The position numbers and the translations under genes were made by a program. Positions 1-6,418 of a stretch of DNA of 11,226 nucleotides are shown one piece after another. The stretch is from a virus (Duplodnaviria; Heunggongvirae; Uroviricota; Caudoviricetes), in the IMG/VR virus record IMGVR_UViG_2563366822_000009; one strand, 5' to 3'. The first letter of the stretch is position 1. Each line of letters opens with the position of its first letter. Under the pieces are notes generated by a model, which saw nothing but the letters and a program-made list of their open reading frames with translations, was not told the DNA's origin and did not search any database.

Positions 1-147
1 CTCATCACGCAGTTGTTTGACCCATCTTGTCATTGTGGAAAGGCCAACATCCATAGCTTTGGCGGCATCTGCCACCGTGTAGTTCTGGTCAACAACCAGT
101 TGAGCGGATTCGCGTTTAAACTCTGCGCTGAAATTTCTTTTTTTCAT
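1..147 (-). CDS. IS911-like transposase OrfA, N-terminal 49 codons only (partial, truncated by window edge)
   Basis: ATG at 145-147 (complement); in-frame translation to the window edge gives the OrfA N-terminal sequence quoted above. Not listed in the ORF track because it runs off the window. Confidence 0.8.
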   Translation of the reverse strand, partial: MKKRNFSAEFKRESAQLVVDQNYTVADAAKAMDVGLSTMTRWVKQLRDE

Positions 148-183
148 TGGAGCACCTGTGTTGTTCTGAGGTGAGCATATCAC

Positions 184-219
184 CTCTGTTCAGGTGGCCA
201 AATTCAGTGTGCCACTTCA
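184..219 (-). repeat. Terminal inverted repeat (IRL) of the IS element
   Basis: Reverse complement of 184-219 reads TGAAGTGGCACACTGAATTTGGCCACCTGAACAGAG, lying between the IS terminus and the orfA start as expected for an IS3-family IRL. Confidence 0.6.
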
Positions 220-786
220 AACAGCCACTAAATAGTTGTGCATAGAGAACGACTGGAAAAGGCCGTAGGAACTTACAAATCTCAATTCACGGTAGAGTAT
301 GATATGGGTATTCAATATAAATACAGCCCTCAAAGGTTTAAATATGAACGGAAGTGTTAAAAACAATCTATCGTCAAAAAAGTACAAGCTAAAAGAAAAA
401 TTTTGAATTTGAATCGCGAGCTTTCTAATGGAAAGATCACTCAGGCTGATTATTGTCTATACAAAAAACTGTTTGAAGACTACATTCAGGTATTAACATT
501 TCAACACACAAGAATTTTTGTGGAAAAAGATTTAATAGAACTATCAAATCATCGAAGTGGAGTATTCATTACAACTCAGCATGATACATTAGTAAATAGA
601 CTTGACAAAATTGATTATGAAATTGACAGATTAAAAAACTGTTTAAATAAAAAAATTATCGATTACACAAAATTCACATCCCTATATTAGGATTTTCTAA
701 GAGTACGACACCGTCACATTTAAATATTATTTGTAGAGGTAAAATGACAGCCTGACGGCGGTATTTCATTGCGAAATGCTATTTAA

Positions 787-807
787 AAGACCGCATTGAG
801 CGGTCTT
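787..807 (-). terminator. Candidate Rho-independent terminator downstream of the 484-aa gene
   Basis: Perfect 8-bp stem AAGACCGC (787-794) / GCGGTCTT (800-807) with 5-nt loop. On the minus-strand RNA the stem is followed by UUAAAU, giving a short U run. It lies about 40 bp past the stop codon at 843-845. Confidence 0.4.
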
Positions 808-842
808 ATGTATCTCACAACATATTACAGAATGACTTTAAA

Positions 843-2297
843 CTATTGTTTTAATAACATTTCAAAATCCTCATTCCAGTGCGTGTTTTGTGAAATACGG
901 GTATCAATTTCATCAAGCAGCATATCATGAGAAAGTATGCTTAAAGGGTCATTCCCATTTTTACCAAAACGCATCGTAGTTTCTGCTATTTCCCAATCTT
1001 CTGCGCTGATTGATGGCTGTATTGCATGGCAGTAGATAGCCTTCACATCCTTTTCATGACAGTCAAAATTATTGATGCTTTCTGCAATTTTACGAGCTCT
1101 TTCAATTTCGACAACTGGACCATGTAAAGTTTCATATGATATATGCACAATTGTAGGGGTATTATCTGGAACCTGTCGTACCACTTTGCTTAAGTGCGTT
1201 TTAATATCTTTTGCTTTTTTATTAATCGATTCCTCTGCTATACATTCCCAACGAGCACAGTAACCAGAGTGTATTCCAGTGCAAAAAATGTTAAGTATAT
1301 CAACACCGTCGTCCGGACCTACTCGTACAAGTCCTTTTGGGGCACAAAGATGAGTGTAATTTTCGCTGCTGCTAAAACTTCCGGCCAACAACGAAACCAT
1401 CTGTGGAGAGTTCCATTTAACCATGTATTTATCAAAATGCTCATTGATATTTTTCATATCTATTCTATTAATCAGTATTATAATTTCATCATTTTCTATT
1501 CTCAGTGACTTTCTCGTCGAGATATTAGACTTTATTTCATTGAAGATTTTTGCTAAAATATATTCATCTGTATCTTTTACTTCAACCTTGAAAAGCACGT
1601 CTAAAAATATGTTTTGTCTAGACTGAGTTAGAATAGGTACTAAATTGAGCCATCTTTGCCTCCATTCTCGACGCTCATTTTCAGAATATTCAGTCACTTT
1701 AGATAAACGCTTACATTCCACAAAAAAGCTTTCTTCACCTTTAGTAACTTTTAAATCAGGAGTTTTATTTAATGCTGTTTCTGGAATAAATTCTACTCTA
1801 TAACCATTGCGCGCATACATAATCGCAACAACTAATTCAAACAATGTTGAATCAGGTTGATTTATTTTACCGTTAAGAAATTCCGAAAGTTTTTCATCAA
1901 TCCCAACAATTTTTTTTGCAAGCTCAATATGTCTTCCAACAGCCGCAAAAAAGGGAAATACTCGGGCTGATTGCGCTAACTCGCTAACTAAAGGCCGTTC
2001 ATGTAAGCATTCTACAAGAAAAAGATACCATGCAACCCAATCCTCATGAAATGCCACCCTATTTTTTGGCTCTTCCATACTCTTCATTGCTTGGTCAAAA
2101 TTCTTATAGGTGTTATCTTCCTGTTCTCTGAAGTACTTGACTACATTTTTTTTGCGAGTCTCCCAAGTATCCTTTTCCAGATAAGATAAAAACCAGTCCA
2201 ATGCAATTTTCGTATGATGATGCCAGGGACTGGTATCCGTTGCTGCAAAAATCTCTTGTAGTTCTTTTGAATATTCCAATGTCTGTGTGTTAGCCAT
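843..2297 (-). CDS. Hypothetical protein, 484 aa, in A+T-rich cargo island; PD-(D/E)xK-like motif (E154, D181, E194-C-K196); function unknown
   Basis: Long uninterrupted ORF in A+T-rich DNA. ATG at 2295-2297 is preceded by GAGG with 5-nt spacing; stop TAG at 843-845. Motif codons checked directly: D181 at 1755-1757, E194 at 1716-1718, K196 at 1710-1712. I do not recognise the family. Confidence 0.85.
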   Translation of the reverse strand: MANTQTLEYSKELQEIFAATDTSPWHHHTKIALDWFLSYLEKDTWETRKKNVVKYFREQEDNTYKNFDQAMKSMEEPKNRVAFHEDWVAWYLFLVECLHERPLVSELAQSARVFPFFAAVGRHIELAKKIVGIDEKLSEFLNGKINQPDSTLFELVVAIMYARNGYRVEFIPETALNKTPDLKVTKGEESFFVECKRLSKVTEYSENERREWRQRWLNLVPILTQSRQNIFLDVLFKVEVKDTDEYILAKIFNEIKSNISTRKSLRIENDEIIILINRIDMKNINEHFDKYMVKWNSPQMVSLLAGSFSSSENYTHLCAPKGLVRVGPDDGVDILNIFCTGIHSGYCARWECIAEESINKKAKDIKTHLSKVVRQVPDNTPTIVHISYETLHGPVVEIERARKIAESINNFDCHEKDVKAIYCHAIQPSISAEDWEIAETTMRFGKNGNDPLSILSHDMLLDEIDTRISQNTHWNEDFEMLLKQ

Positions 2298-2668
2298 TTT
2301 GACCTCATCATTGTTAATTTATGAGATTTTACAACTTATAATGCATCTTCCAGATCGAGCCTCCAAGTAAGAAATCAGGCTAAATCAGACAGATATGTAA
2401 TATATCCCTAGTCAATTAGGCAGTCCACCCATAAATCCTAACAGTACGAAAATGGTTGGAACGTTATCCTAGGTTACTGCTCATCGTTTCCTTATGACCT
2501 CAATATATAAATATCCCAGCTCTTGCGGTTCGATTGTATGATTGACAGTCCGCTCCTGGCACAAAGCGGACAACCACGCCAGATCTACCCTGTGCCATGA
2601 AAAATGAGAATGTCAATTCACTCCTGAACTAATGCTTTTTAATCTAGTAACGTCTAAAATACCTAACA

Positions 2669-3070
2669 TTATCCCTGATAAAATGCCAGTATGCGCTGCA
2701 TAACTTCACTCATCCGGCACTCGCGACAGATTATGTTTAGGCGACTGTCGTAGCGACGTATTTCTCCATCAGGTAACGACCAGATAAGGTCCGGATCAAC
2801 CACAGCTGTTTTCTTCACCTTTGCCCTCGATAGTTTTTTGCGGGCGTTTTGCCAGTCCTTACGCGCCTGTTCAGACGGGAATAACCCGTAGCCGGAGTTG
2901 TATACATCGCCACTGGCTACCAGCTCTCTGGCAAGAACGCTCATCAGATATCTAGTCGCACCTGTTTTAGCTTCCAGTTGCCGTAACGTCTCACGACCAC
3001 TCTGGCGCACGAGTTCCACCACCTGCCCTTTAATTTTTTCCCGCTCTTCTTGTGTAAAAACTTTTGCCAC
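2669..3070 (-). CDS. Hypothetical protein, 133 aa, GTG start; possible winged-helix DNA-binding protein
   Basis: ORF with GTG at 3068-3070 preceded by AAGGGGGA; no in-frame ATG until codon 43. The segment TLRQLEAKTGATRYLMSVLARELVASG resembles a helix-turn-helix. Sits where lambda P would be but is too small to be a helicase loader. Confidence 0.55.
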   Translation of the reverse strand: MAKVFTQEEREKIKGQVVELVRQSGRETLRQLEAKTGATRYLMSVLARELVASGDVYNSGYGLFPSEQARKDWQNARKKLSRAKVKKTAVVDPDLIWSLPDGEIRRYDSRLNIICRECRMSEVMQRILAFYQG

Positions 3071-3110
3071 AAGTCCCCCTTAAAATTACCTCATGACCTG
3101 AAATCAAAAC

Positions 3111-4076
3111 TTATCCTCTGAAACCAGGCGGAATTTCTGTATCCGGTTCAGAAATATGATTCACACAACGCTGTACAGGTGAACGTCCCAGGCGGATGAC
3201 CAGTTCGTCCCATTTTTCGCGGAGTTTTGACGGGCTCATGATGTTTTTTACCCAGAATGGATCCCGCTGTACCCGACCAAACATTTCGCAAATTTGTCTG
3301 TGGCTTCTGCCATCCAGCATCCGCATTGTGCGCACGTCATTGGCCCAGGCTGTCCAGTTAGGCTCTTTTGGTCGCATGATCTCTCCATCGTCGCTGGCAG
3401 CCTGTTCGTAAAGGTTCACGATCCGCCCCCAAATCCACTGCGCACACGCCAAATCCTCCCTGCTACCCCACTGGCGTTTTTTCACACTAAACACAACCGC
3501 GTCGGGGTTCCGAGTTAAAAAATCCTGTTCAGTCGTCTGCGGGTCCGGTTGCGAAGCTTCCGGACGAAAAGTGTTTTTATTCTCTGTAGTAATCTCTGTT
3601 GTATTCTCTGTAAGATCATCAGGCCATTTTGACCCGATGACATTGGGTCGTTTTGAACCAATGGAGCGTTTCATTTTGACCTCTTCCATCGTGTCATTTT
3701 GACCTGATGGAGCGGCGCATTTTGAACCGATGGATTCGTTCAATTTGCCACCATCTAAAAGCTCGCTCCCATAGTTGATCGTGTAGAAATTGGTCATATC
3801 GCGCTTTGATTTATTGAGCTTTTCACAACGCAAAAGCCCCAGCGTTTTCAGACTTGCAAACGCGCGCTTTAACGTTGACTCTGACCAGAATGGGAACTGT
3901 TCCAGCCATTGTTCCGTTGTGTTATAAATCCAGCGAACACCATCACATTCCATACCGGAGTTGGTATCTCTCAACCAGTAGTGCAGTTGTTGCAAAACAA
4001 TGGCTTCGTTTAAGCCGATTTTCATTGCCAGCTGCGTGTTTATAACCAGTGGGCGTTCAGCAAAAAGAAGACTCAT
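3111..4076 (-). CDS. Phage replication initiator, lambda O-like, with the replication origin embedded in the coding sequence
   Basis: Start taken at the ATG at 4074-4076; the track ORF begins at a TTG at 4128-4130. The N-terminal region has a winged-helix-like segment (WSESTLKRAFASLKTLGLL). A central low-complexity linker (SIGSK repeats, TENTTEITTEN) coincides with the DNA iterons and A+T-rich repeats. Position is immediately downstream of the cro-like and cII-position genes, as in lambdoid phages. Confidence 0.7.
   Translation of the reverse strand: MSLLFAERPLVINTQLAMKIGLNEAIVLQQLHYWLRDTNSGMECDGVRWIYNTTEQWLEQFPFWSESTLKRAFASLKTLGLLRCEKLNKSKRDMTNFYTINYGSELLDGGKLNESIGSKCAAPSGQNDTMEEVKMKRSIGSKRPNVIGSKWPDDLTENTTEITTENKNTFRPEASQPDPQTTEQDFLTRNPDAVVFSVKKRQWGSREDLACAQWIWGRIVNLYEQAASDDGEIMRPKEPNWTAWANDVRTMRMLDGRSHRQICEMFGRVQRDPFWVKNIMSPSKLREKWDELVIRLGRSPVQRCVNHISEPDTEIPPGFRG
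3578..3613. repeat. A+T-rich tract with three tandem 12-bp repeats (TCTCTGT core) flanking the iterons; candidate DNA-unwinding element
   Basis: TCTCTGT occurs at 3581-3587, 3593-3599 and 3605-3611, preceded by GAAAAGTGTTTTTAT. It lies on the side of the iterons that is downstream in gene orientation, matching the ori-lambda layout of iterons followed by an AT-rich region. Confidence 0.5.
3625..3755. repeat. Origin-of-replication iterons: five to six tandem ~23-bp direct repeats, core CATTTTGACC-GATGGAGCG
   Basis: Repeat units begin at 3625, 3649, 3672, 3695, 3718 and a degenerate sixth at 3741; the TTTTGA core recurs at 3627, 3651, 3674, 3697, 3720. Periodicity is 23-24 bp, inside the O-like CDS. 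Confidence 0.7.
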
Positions 4077-4578
4077 AATTCCATCCAGCTTTTTGTTGGT
4101 ATTGCTGTCGATACGCAAGCTTGAAAGCAATTGCTTTTTCTATAAGTTCGTCAGTTTCACGATCTACAACGGCAGGATCTGCAAAAAGCAGTCCAGATTC
4201 CACCACATCGCCATATTCTTTATTTAACCCGGCGATCATGTACGTAATACTTTTTCCATCACTGATCTCACGATACAACCTGAAATCACTAATCCGGATA
4301 GCCTCCATAATTGCAGGCACTAGCGCTGTGAACTTTTCACGCTTATCCCTGGTGTCGATAGCCTTCCAGCGTTCGAATATCTTCACTCGATTAACGCTAA
4401 GCGCTCGCTGATCAACCGCGCCACCTTCATATGTGACACGCTGAACATCGATGTTCGGGCGCTCTTTCAAAGCCCAGAATGCTTCAGTGATTAATATCGT
4501 CGCCTGCTCCTGTGTCATTCCTGGTCGACATATCCAGGCATCCAGAGCCTCACGAGCCTGTTCAGGAGTGATTTTCAT
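4057..4578 (-). CDS. Hypothetical protein, 173 aa, between the cro-like gene and the replication initiator (cII-position gene; possibly a YdaT-like regulator)
   Basis: ATG at 4576-4578 overlaps the dicC-like stop (4562-4564) by 17 nt, and its stop (4057-4059) overlaps the O-like start by 20 nt, indicating one tightly packed operon. I do not recognise the family with confidence. Confidence 0.7.
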   Translation of the reverse strand: MKITPEQAREALDAWICRPGMTQEQATILITEAFWALKERPNIDVQRVTYEGGAVDQRALSVNRVKIFERWKAIDTRDKREKFTALVPAIMEAIRISDFRLYREISDGKSITYMIAGLNKEYGDVVESGLLFADPAVVDRETDELIEKAIAFKLAYRQQYQQKAGWNYESSFC

Positions 4579-4789
4579 TGTTCAACCGCCCCGCCCGCTT
4601 CGTCTTACGATATTCGTCATAAACTTTGGGATCATACTGAAGCTCCCCGCCAGATGCCTCCTGTAGACGCATCGCGCGACCTTCAGGAACCAGTATCCCC
4701 CAAGCAGCAACACTTGCCAGTCTCACTCCTGCGGCATTGGCAAGCTTTGTTTTGCTGCCAAAAAAAGTAATTGCGTCAACTTTAAGCAT
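4562..4789 (-). CDS. dicC: Cro-type repressor, DicC-like (75 aa)
   Basis: Translation MLKVDAITFFGSKTKLANAAGVRLASVAAWGILVPEGRAMRLQEASGGELQYDPKVYDEY... resembles DicC of the Qin prophage as I remember it. ATG at 4787-4789 is preceded by AGGGGG with 5-nt spacing; the track start is the TTG one codon upstream. Divergent from the dicA-like gene. Confidence 0.8.
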   Translation of the reverse strand: MLKVDAITFFGSKTKLANAAGVRLASVAAWGILVPEGRAMRLQEASGGELQYDPKVYDEYRKTKRAGRLNNENHS

Positions 4790-4802
4790 CAAAGCCCCCT
4801 CT

Positions 4803-4820
4803 TGTTAGATTTTTCTAACA
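4803..4820. promoter_or_regulatory. Operator palindrome TGTTAGA-TTTT-TCTAACA in the dicC/dicA divergent intergenic region
   Basis: Perfect 7-bp inverted arms with 4-bp spacer; the same arms recur at 5314-5331 and degenerately at 5349-5366. Confidence 0.55.
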
Positions 4821-4847
4821 TTATTGTGCGCGGGATACCTAAGTCAA
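4819..4847 (-). promoter_or_regulatory. Putative sigma70 promoter for the dicC-like operon (minus strand)
   Basis: On the minus strand: -35 TTGACT (4842-4847), 16-bp spacer, -10 AATAAT (4820-4825). The predicted transcription start overlaps the operator palindrome. Confidence 0.35.
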
Positions 4848-4869
4848 GAAAAATTAGAATTACCTAACT

Positions 4870-5277
4870 ATGGATACAAGAACCCTAGGCCAGCGAGTTC
4901 TGGCGCGACGAAAAGAATTACGCTTAACACAACGAGAAGCTGCGCGCCTCGCTGGAGTTGCTCACGTCACAATTTCACAATGGGAAAGAGACGAAACCCA
5001 GCCAGTCGGAAAACGATTGTTTGCTTTAGCGGATGCTCTGAAGTGCTCACCTACATGGCTAATGTTTGGTGACGAAGACAAGGCACCAGTGCCTGCACAA
5101 GAACTTCATGTGGAAACAGAGCTAACTCCCAACCACAAAGAATTGATCGAATTATTCGATGCTCTTCCATCTTCCGAGCAGGAAGCCTTGCTGTCTGAAA
5201 TGCGCGCAAGAGTAGAAAACTTCAACAAACTCTTCGAAGAAATGCTTAAAGCGCGTAAAAATAAATCAATAAAATAA
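4870..5277 (+). CDS. dicA: XRE-family HTH repressor, DicA-like (CI-type immunity repressor), 135 aa
   Basis: N-terminal HTH (LTQREAARLAGVAHVTISQWERDETQP) and the C-terminal portion (CSPTWLMFGDEDK...EMRARVENFNKLFEEMLKARK) resemble DicA as I remember it; same length as DicA. ATG at 4870, stop TAA at 5275-5277. Confidence 0.85.
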   Translation: MDTRTLGQRVLARRKELRLTQREAARLAGVAHVTISQWERDETQPVGKRLFALADALKCSPTWLMFGDEDKAPVPAQELHVETELTPNHKELIELFDALPSSEQEALLSEMRARVENFNKLFEEMLKARKNKSIK

Positions 5278-5310
5278 CATTCTTTTCAAGTGATTAGTTG
5301 CGCCCACTCT

Positions 5311-5334
5311 TTTTGTTAGACCAATCTAACAAAA
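5311..5334. promoter_or_regulatory. Operator palindrome TTTTGTTAGA-CCAA-TCTAACAAAA (perfect 10-bp arms)
   Basis: Seen directly at 5311-5334; the core is identical to the 4803-4820 operator. Lies immediately upstream of a candidate -35 element. Confidence 0.55.
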
Positions 5335-5338
5335 ACAC

Positions 5339-5367
5339 TTGCCTCTCATGTTAGGTTATTCTAAATT
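5339..5367 (+). promoter_or_regulatory. Putative promoter of the downstream plus-strand operon (dicB-operon promoter equivalent), overlapped by a third degenerate operator
   Basis: -35 TTGCCT (5339-5344), 17-bp spacer, -10 TAAATT (5362-5367). The degenerate operator TGTTAGG-TTAT-TCTAAAT (5349-5366) covers the spacer and -10. Confidence 0.4.
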
Positions 5368-5444
5368 ACTTTCTATCAAGACACCGCACGGTGTTCTCAG
5401 CAAGCAGTTCCGCTACCCCGGCGTTAAGGGGAAATGAGGTCAGC

Positions 5445-5597
5445 ATGGATACTATCGATCTTGGCAACAGCGAATCTCTGGTATGTGGCGTGTTCCCCAA
5501 CCAAGACGGTACGTTCACCGCGATGACATATACCAAAAGCAAAACGTTTAAAACCGAATCTGGCGCGCGTTGCTGGTTAGCCAGAAACACTGACTGA
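5445..5597 (+). CDS. ydfA: Small protein, 50 aa, YdfA-like (first gene of the dicB-type operon)
   Basis: ATG at 5445-5447 preceded by GAGG with 5-nt spacing; the track ORF starts at an upstream GTG without a ribosome-binding site. Size and position directly downstream of dicA match ydfA of Qin. Stop TGA 5595-5597. Confidence 0.55.
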   Translation: MDTIDLGNSESLVCGVFPNQDGTFTAMTYTKSKTFKTESGARCWLARNTD

Positions 5598-5608
5598 TGA
5601 GGCTGACG

Positions 5609-5974
5609 ATGGAATTTAAAGATTTACCGTCTGATGTACAGAAAACAGCAGCTCATACATTGCATTCTGTGCTGCGAGAAATCGGGAAAGATATTGCAAG
5701 CGAGCCAGCAAAAGATCTGGCCCGGAAAATCAAGACCGCTTTCGTTGAGCTTTATAATGTTGGCACTGACTCTGAAACTGTCGAGACCAAGACCGTAAGT
5801 TCACCAATATTCTCACTTGAGCCAGGCGTATTATCAGGTGAAATATGCACCGAGATTTCCAGCGAACTGCTTCCGGTAATACGAGAAGCAATTTGCCGTC
5901 GCGGTTTGGATGGAAGTTACGATCATGACGTCCTGCAAGTTCTCAGGACAATGGTGACTTCACTGGGGATTTGA
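5609..5974 (+). CDS. Hypothetical protein, 121 aa (dicB-operon-region protein, YdfB/YdfC position)
   Basis: ATG at 5609 preceded by GAGG (5599-5602) with 6-nt spacing. The track start at 5597 overlaps the upstream stop as TGATG but has no ribosome-binding site. Stop TGA 5972-5974. Confidence 0.6.
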   Translation: MEFKDLPSDVQKTAAHTLHSVLREIGKDIASEPAKDLARKIKTAFVELYNVGTDSETVETKTVSSPIFSLEPGVLSGEICTEISSELLPVIREAICRRGLDGSYDHDVLQVLRTMVTSLGI

Positions 5975-6143
5975 TCCCTGCGTCCTCTAACCTTTTGATA
6001 TAGCGGTCCTCCAAGAAGCGGTAAATTTTGTCGAAATCATCTTTCCCCTCTGGTTTATTCAGAGGATTACAGGACCCGTAAGTAGCGGCATACATTTCAA
6101 CCGTTTTATCAAAAATATAAGAGACAAATTCTTCTTTAGTCAT
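5943..6143 (-). CDS. Hypothetical small protein, 66 aa, convergent with and antisense to the dicB-type operon
   Basis: ATG at 6141-6143 (complement) preceded by AAGGA with 7-nt spacing. Its 3' end overlaps the 3' end of the 121-aa gene by 32 bp (5943-5974). Locally more A+T-rich than its neighbours by eye. Confidence 0.5.
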   Translation of the reverse strand: MTKEEFVSYIFDKTVEMYAATYGSCNPLNKPEGKDDFDKIYRFLEDRYIKRLEDAGIKSPVKSPLS

Positions 6144-6222
6144 ATAGATTTCCTTCTTGGTTATTCGGGATAAGAAGGATACCACCTCGCCTGACGTGGT
6201 TAAAAGCAGGCACACAACACGA

Positions 6223-6284
6223 AAGCGCACGGCGAAGTTCGTCTCACTGTACGGTGTCGTTAAATTTAATTCGACCGTGCGCTT
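6223..6284. repeat. Perfect 10-bp inverted repeat AAGCGCACGG / CCGTGCGCTT separated by 42 nt, followed by GGTTG-TGG-CAACC palindrome (6287-6299)
   Basis: Seen directly; located in the non-coding stretch between the 66-aa gene start and the DicF-like sRNA. Confidence 0.5.
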
Positions 6285-6418
6285 CCGGTTGTGGCAACCC
6301 GCGAAATGGCGCGGCGGTAAGTATGGCGGGGTTATTCCTTCCCCGTTGAGGACACCGAGTTGTCAGGTTGACCATACGCTTAAGTGACAACCCCGCTGCA
6401 ACGCCCTCTGTTATCAAT

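Larger units (their letters stand above)
1..219 (-). mobile_element. Left end of an IS3-family insertion sequence (IS911-like); the element continues beyond the window start
   Basis: Minus-strand ORF starting at 147 encodes [49 protein letters not shown], which I recognise as the HTH N-terminus of IS911 OrfA. Read on the minus strand the end is 5'-TGAAGTGGCACACTGAATTTGGCCACC..., a typical IS3-family TG terminus, ending at + position 219. Flanking DNA from 220 is A+T-rich and unrelated. Confidence 0.8.

Noticed and set aside
1072-1626. Three plus-strand ORFs (63-104 aa) antisense to the 484-aa gene
   Set aside because: Nested within the long minus-strand ORF; low-complexity hydrophobic translations typical of antisense reading of A+T-rich coding DNA.
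2548-2571. 7-bp inverted repeat GTCCGCT / AGCGGAC with 10-nt loop downstream of the 133-aa gene
   Set aside because: Short stem, large loop and no U-tract on either strand; not convincing as a terminator or operator.
3625-3755. Tandem repeats considered as a possible CRISPR array or minisatellite
   Set aside because: Units are contiguous 23-bp iterons with no spacers, lie inside a coding sequence and are flanked by an A+T-rich tract; this is an iteron origin, not CRISPR.
4128-4130. TTG at 4128-4130 as the start of the O-like initiator (track ORF start)
   Set aside because: It would extend the overlap with the upstream gene to 74 bp and has no ribosome-binding site; the ATG at 4074-4076 is preferred, though the TTG cannot be excluded.
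2898-4666. Plus-strand ORFs 2898-3083, 3196-3411, 3294-3518, 3854-4045, 4000-4227, 4121-4411 and 4451-4666 overlapping the replication-module genes
   Set aside because: Each is antisense to a better-supported minus-strand gene and lacks a ribosome-binding site.
4824-5590. ORF 4824-5072 (plus, alternate frame over dicA) and ORF 5366-5590 (minus, over the ydfA-like gene)
   Set aside because: They overlap recognisable genes in other frames.
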